This document shows, piece by piece, positions 56,804-64,000 of a DNA stretch of 64,000 nt. A program made the position numbers and the translations under genes. The notes under the pieces are model-generated. The model was not told the origin of the DNA and did not search any database. It saw only the letters and a list, made by a program, of their open reading frames with translations. The stretch comes from Eledone cirrhosa (lineage: Eukaryota): assembly GCA_964016885.1 (NCBI GenBank), contig OZ024742.1:99510001-99574000 (forward strand), read 5' to 3'. How positions within the stretch are numbered: position 1 is the first letter of the stretch; each line of letters opens with the position of its first letter.

Positions 56804-58429
56804 TTAGAGGAATGTGGTTAAATGATATAATTGGGACGTATATTACTAGTGAACTGAAAAAAGATGGGTATCAGCACACATATATATGTATGTATGTATA
56901 AATATACATACCTGGAATTCGTAGCACAATCCAAAATATGATTATTAATAAGCAGAAAGTTAAATGGATTCTACATTTATAATAGTGAATTACATAATGA
57001 TACTAATATTTTTACGTATTTTAACATATTTTCTTCTATCAAAACATATGAATAAGGGTATCTAATCTTTCTGATTGTATAGTATAAAGGTAAACATCCT
57101 CAACATATCATTAATATATAGATTGATACATTGTTTCGCAACAATAGGATCTTTTCTCCATGAAGAACGTGCGTTAAACTTTACATGAGATTTATGAAAA
57201 CATAATTTCTTGTTTTGTCAGGGAAACGGGATATAGTCTTTAAAATGGGATCAGCCTTCACTCGAATATATATGGTAATTAACATTGGTTGCTCCTTATT
57301 TCAGATTCATCTTTATTTTATTATATTGTTTCGATGATTACAAGCATTATGAGTATTCGCACAGAATGTTCTAGACCGTTTACAAATGAATCAGATAGTA
57401 CGTGACTGTGATATATTAGAATATTATCAGTAAGTTGGAAGGCGTTTTATTTAATTATTGATCACCAATCGTATTAACTTTGGTTTTAATTGAAAACAAT
57501 TTCAGCTCAAAATTTAGAACGTTAAAAATGTTCTGTCGAAAGCGTCGTACAAACTTTAGGAAGACTGACAACATTCTTTGCGATATATAGTTACGGGACT
57601 TCACGTCTTGAGTTCAAATCTCACCGAGGTCAGCTAACCAATTCATCCTTTTGCGACCGATATAATACTGTACTAACTTTGTATGGATTCCATATAAACA
57701 ACTTCTGCCCCTTTCCAAATCGATGTTCTTGGGACTAAATTAGAAATCATTGATGTTTATATCGTGTTTGACCTTCAGGAGCAGATCATCATTTATTTTA
57801 TATGTAGTGTTAGTTTGTGTTTCTAAGTAAGGTGTTACTAAAAGTCGGGTAGTCATAATATGGTATAGGATTTTATTGTCGGAATTTAATGTGAGTTATA
57901 TGATATATAACTTAGGAGTTGTTCTGGCAGTTGCAAAATAAAAGTGAGAAGAAGGAGTCACATTTGACAGGGAACTAGTATATAAGGTATGTTTTTTTAT
58001 GAATGTTTACGGAAGAACCATTGTTCCATTTTTCCCTGTTTCATCCAAAACACATGTGCATATATGGGCGTTTGTTGCAAGCTCAGTACAGCTCAGATAA
58101 CACCGTGTAATATATCTTTTGCTCCCCGTTTCTAACTATCATTTCCTGTTTTGAGATATCCGATTATTATGAAAAAAACACTCTCATTTAATCAGAAGTT
58201 TGGGTTTGTAGTCAGAAGTTTGATATTTCGAAATGTTCATATTTTTCAAGAAAAAACACATTTGTTTTTTATTTATCAGTTCATATAATTAAATCAACAG
58301 CCTATATATTTATTTTATTACACAAGCTTATCAAAAGCAAACAAGTAAAAACAAATAACACTTATAAAGCAACTTATACATGTCAGAAATGACTGGATTT
58401 CCTGGATTTGCGGTTGTAGTCCAGGTCGC

Positions 58430-59560
58430 ATTGCCACACTAGCCCCCAGATATAGTCCCCCATCATTCTTTCATTTTAGTGGCCCTGGTATCTCCGATCT
58501 ATCTCTTTCACATCTTGGTGGAATCGTTTGCATTGTTCTTCTTGAATTTTTCCAGGTGAGCCTCCAGCATATGAAGTTTAAGCGACATCCTGCATCCCAT
58601 GGTGCCAAAAGCCTTTATCAGATCCTGCACCAGTTGCTAGTAGTTTTCAGCTCTGTAGTTGCCCAGGAAGCTTTTAACAATTTCCTTGAAACAGTTCCAT
58701 ACTGTTCTCTCAATCCTATTGAAGTTATTGGAGAACTCGGTAGACTCAAACACCTTCTTTATTTGAGGCCCAACAAAAATTCCACCTTTGATTTCAGCCT
58801 CAGATAGCTTGGGGAAGAACTCAAGAAGGTACTTGAAAGCGGCTGATTCTTGGTTGAGAGCCTTCACAAACTGCTTCATCAACCCCAAATTAATGTGCAG
58901 TAGCGGCATGAGCACAATCCTGGGATCAACCAGTGGCTCCCACATGACGTTCCGGGTCCCAACTACAAATTCTGTTCGCTGCTCCCAGTTCTTTCTTTTG
59001 TAGTGGTTAGAGGTGGCTCTGCTGTCCCAAAAGCAGAGGAAGCATGGGAATTTGATAAAGCCTCTTTGGAGTCCAAGCAGGAAAGCCACCATCTTGAAGT
59101 CTCCAATGATTTCCCAATTGTACTGGTTGTTTTTCAGAGCTTCCAAGAGGACTTTCACACTGTATTAATCTTCCTTCAGGCAGAATGAGCTAGGGGAAGT
59201 GTCGGGAACTTCTTTCCATTTTGGATGAGGACCGCCTTCAAACTTGGGGTGGAGCTGTCTATAAATATCCGCCACTCTTTGGGCACGAACGGCACCCCAA
59301 TAACGTCAAACAGTCCAGGCCCGTCATGGCAGAAGCAGAGGTCATCCGTAAGAGTGTAAAAACCTGAGAAAGGTTCGTGTCGACTTCTCTGACTTGTTAC
59401 CTGCACTTCCTCCTTGACCAAGTTCCACTGCTTCATCCTGGAGACGAATAGCTCTGCATTGGACTTGGTCAGACACATATCCCTGACCAAGTAATTGACT
59501 TCTTTTTGTTTTGGGAAGTGAGGAACTTTTTCTGGTACCCCAGTATCAATAAATCTCTTT
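58430..59560 (-). pseudogene. Decayed DDE transposase, probably Chapaev3-like
   Basis: WRIFIDSS..SLKAVL; GDFKMVAFLLGLQRGFIKFPCFLCFWDSR; PLLHINLGLMKQFVKAL; GIFVGPQI; MSLKLHML; RFHQD; MMGDYIW; frameshifts and stops. Family name from memory. Confidence 0.7.
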
Positions 59561-61165
59561 AATCCACTTTTTAACAATTTTATACTTTATTGCACTTTTA
59601 TAATTTTCTTTAGGTATTACTCTTTATTTTATAATTTTAATTTAACCTAAAACATACATTTAAAAAAATCATTTAACATAAGCAAATTAAACTCACATAC
59701 AACGTAAAATCCAGCATACAAATAATTCTAGTGAATAGCTTAGAATTTTTACAAACCCCAACTTTTAACTGTTTAATAGCACTGTTTTTTTAATTTATTT
59801 GAGACCTAAGCAACACAAAAAAGTGATTACAAGCCAGAAACAGAGAAAAATTTTTTTTTTGTTACACGTAATGAAGCAATAAAAAAACCCTGTCGTATTT
59901 CATATTACCAATTTCAATGTATGTGATCGCTGGATCTCACTTGATCCAGACAGCTATTGTACCAATCGTCCAATCATCGGGAAAGCTTGCTCGTGGTATT
60001 TATATTCAAATCGCGAAACATTCTACTTACTCATATGCATCTCAGGGAGATTCATCATTATACAGTGTGTGTGACATAGCTAGCCACTTGAATTACAGCC
60101 ACTACTCATTTTTCCCCGGACGAGTTGACTAGAGAAATATGAAATAAATGTTTTTGTTCGAAGACACATCTAGATGCTGAGAAGTGAATTCATGACCTCA
60201 CGAAACACAAAGCCGTGCACCGTGGCCAATTTCAATATCTATCAACAGAGTTGTTAACACGTTTGTAGAATGTTCAGCCACTTGCACGTTAGCTTCCCGA
60301 GAAGGCCATCCCGTTACTCAAACAACTGAAAACTCATTATCAAAACAACCAGAGGAGCATTTTCTTCTACCAGCAAATAACTATTTATAACAGATCTACC
60401 CAAATAAGAAGGACCCGATGGTAAACAACAAATAGGAACAGCAACAACAACAACAGCAAAACCAAATATCAAAATTAGCAAAGAAAACAACAGAGAGAAA
60501 ACAACATTAGCAACAATAAGTGAATCGACAACAAAAATAAAAATGTATGTAAATAGGATTAAAAAAATTAACAACATCAGCAACAACAATAATGGCAACA
60601 AAAGTAGTATTATCAATAATAACAACCCCCAAAATAACAACAGGAATGACAACAAAAATAGCATTAGCATTAGAACAATCACAAAAATAACGACATTAGC
60701 AACAATAACAACAACAGAGACAACAAAAGCAAGATTACAACAACAGCAACCATCACAACTTTATAAATATGATATTAAGAGGACATTAACAACAATAACA
60801 TCAATATCAACAAAAATAAGGCCATTAGTCAGAATAACATCAACAACCACTTTATGAAAGTTACAGTAACCGAAAGGAAGCGCATCCTTTGCTGGAGAAA
60901 TTTAGCAATACTTTTATCATGTTTAATTTTGTTTCGTATGAAAGACCTAACTGACACGTAATGCAGTTAATTACATGCTTAAAGCTTGACCTTATTGGCT
61001 TCTCTACAAATGTCACGATACTGATGACAGACTGCAGTATTCACATATTTTGGAATATTCCACCCTGCAACCTCTAATATTAACTTTTCCTTCATTCACA
61101 AACGTACAATTGCACGTACACACTCAGTTACATTTATTCTTTTACCCATCCCCTCCACATTCACA

Positions 61166-61246
<81 letters not shown>

Positions 61247-61953
61247 TGAGAGAGGTTATATATAATATATATATGAGTTTGTGAATAATAAAAGTATCTA
61301 TACATACAGTGAGTATGTGCATGCATAATATAAATACATAAATGCATATATATCTACACGTATGCACGTACGTAAACAGACACATCATATACATAGATTA
61401 AGAGCACCTGTATCGACAAACACGCAACTGCTGATGCAAATGAGCAGAGGCTTTCTGTTGTTTATTCAGAGCTAACGACGGCTTTCATGGTGGCGGTAAC
61501 ACACGAGTTGGTCCAGATAAAGACTAACCTTTAACATTTGACTTTAGAGTGTCAAAGAAGACACTACACTGTGAACTATTTCTATGACGAAGATGGAGAA
61601 GGGGACATACTGTGAAATGGCAAACTCACAGGTCCAAAGTTACAGCCTCACGCAGCGTTAAGATGCTACGCAAAGGAAATCCATTTTATCAAGACATTTT
61701 CTAATGATAAAATGGCGTTAGGAAAGATAATTTATTACACTTCTTTAGAACGCCAGTAATGCATAGAAAGCATTGAAAAGTCAACTTTGCAGTGAATTGA
61801 GCAGTCATTGTCCAGCATAGGTGTGCTAAATGATCTGTTTGTAATACAGTAGTATAAATATGATGAGTAGATAGAAATATATAGCAATGCGGATAGATTT
61901 ATGCATATATACAAGGAATAAATACAGATATATGGCAACAGTGTAGTATATGA

Positions 61954-61989
<36 letters not shown>

Positions 61990-64000
61990 AAGAATATGTG
62001 TTCAAAATACCATACTATTAAAAAAATACTAAACTTAACTGATAGTAGCCCTGATTCTGGTTGATAGAAGGTAAATGTTATTTTCTAAGTAGAAAATTTG
62101 CAGAGACCTCGATGGTTCAGCTTGGTCACTTCATATGTATGTATGTGGAATGAGTGTGGCCCAATTGGCCTCAGTAGTCTTAGAAGCCATCATAGAAGTA
62201 ATTATAGAAGCTATGTACAAAATGTTGTCGATTATGGTCTCTTTGGTATTCCTTTCTGTCTGAAGAGTGGCAAACAATGTGGCTTTTCCGGTGGACCCCA
62301 ACGACATTTGGTTCCCTGTTTTGTTTCAGGGAGTTTTCAAATCTCATCAAACCATAACAGTGAACCAAAGTGGAGGTAATGTTCGTCCCTGCAGCATATG
62401 CAGAAAGGAACGTAAATCCTTGGAGGACTAAAGCTTCATATTCATGCCACCCATGTTTGTGAAGGGTGTCAGGTAGTGACAATGCTTGAAATCGAGATGG
62501 AGCAATCATGTATGTAGGTATGCATACAAGTATGTATGTAAGTATGGATGGATGGTTGGATGAGCGGATGGATGGATTAATGGATGGATTAAAATATGGC
62601 GCAATGTTTAAGCTCACTTTAAAATCCAGAGGTCCAGGGTGCGATCTCAATGCATGCATCTTGAGCCAGTGTATTTCATGAAAGCTTGTGAGTGAAAATA
62701 GGCAGACATAAACATTGTGGAACCTTGTGGAACCGACTGTGCCGGTGTAATTCAAGCGTCTAAGTATGTCCCGGTCTGCATGAGCTTTGACTTATGGATA
62801 CACGTGTCTGTGAAGGAATCTCATTAGTTCAATATGATTTCAATTTGTATTTCTTTCTTTCTCTCGTTTCTTTCTCTATTTCTCTGCTTTTCTAACTTTA
62901 CTCCTCTTTCCCTCTTTATTGCTATCTTTCTCTCTTTCCTCTCACTTCTTATCTCTTTCTGTCTCCCTTTTTATCACAAGGCTTGGCCTTTCAATTACAT
63001 ATACAATCTATCTGATGGGACTTAACTATCTAATTTCACTCGCAAGATTTAGGCCCTCCTGCAGCTATGGTAAAGACTTAATCTATTCGAGACCTCTAAA
63101 CAGCCGATTTCTTCCAGAAAAAAAGAGAGAGAGCGGGGGAAAGGAAATGATATGTTGACTTCGGTATATTTTGAATTCCAAACGCATTGAGCGGTACAGT
63201 ACGGCAAGGCAATCTACCCGATATTCTAACGGCTTTGCCAATTCGCCGCCTCGACCATTTTTACATTCTGTCATTTACAGATACTCTATGCAGAAGAACA
63301 TTATTCAATATTCAGATAAGCTTTAAGATGATAAGCTATGATTTAATATTTTAAATATCCGAATTATTTCTCAGATAATTGATGTATTTCCGAAGCCACG
63401 GGTTACTCTTGAATCCACGTGCACTTCAGCTATGACTGTCCAGTATTTTATACATAAACACCAACCAGGACTAAGTTATACAATATAATATTATCATTTA
63501 TTACTTAACGGAACTTTCTATTCCCCCAAGTGTAATACACAAGAAAGTATAGGGATAAAAGCTGTTAAATTTATGGCAACAAATGCTCAACACACATTTT
63601 ATATTTCTGTTTTTCTATGATAATTCCATTTACATGGAGGATACGTTACCAGAATATAATCAGAAATCAATACACATGAGCTTCTTTACTTTATTGACTA
63701 CTGTAGGATAAAAGGCAATGTTGACATCGGTGCGCTTTCAACTCAGAATTTAAGGACCGTAACTAAATATTGCAATGTTTCAAACTCAAATGTTTTGCCA
63801 ACGATACCGACTTAAATATGTGTATCGTATAATACCGGTGGTATTCCATAAGACACTGAGACTGCTTAAATGGAACCTTAATCTGCAGGAGCAGTAATAA
63901 AATCTCACTTATACCCAGGCATACACACACAAACTCACACACAACCACATACCCGCATGTATTTAAACACACACAGAAAAAACAAGTGCACACACTCACT

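Overview
Eukaryotic, very AT-rich, microsatellite-dense window with no host gene I can support. The (TA)n/(CA)n load and the recurring tRNA-SINE family suggest a cephalopod (octopus-like) genome; this is inference only. Most predicted ORFs are microsatellite artefacts. Real coding signal is transposon-derived: four Penelope-like element (PLE) GIY-YIG/RT fragments of about three types, Tx1/L1-, CR1- and RTE-type LINE remnants, a Tc1/mariner remnant and a decayed Chapaev3-like DDE transposase. The dominant hidden structure is RNA-level. Read by eye, there are about 18 type-I hammerhead ribozyme (HHR) motifs from about 9 unrelated repeat families. Most have a palindromic helix III; some carry U3:A8 or U4C core variants, or helix II extended up to about 115 nt. 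They sit in non-coding inverted or tandem cassettes bounded by (TA)n. The clearest case is a retrozyme-like 472/490-bp tandem unit (51040-52615) with a conserved ATGCAAAT octamer upstream of each plus-strand HHR. All folds are manual and untested; boundaries are approximate.
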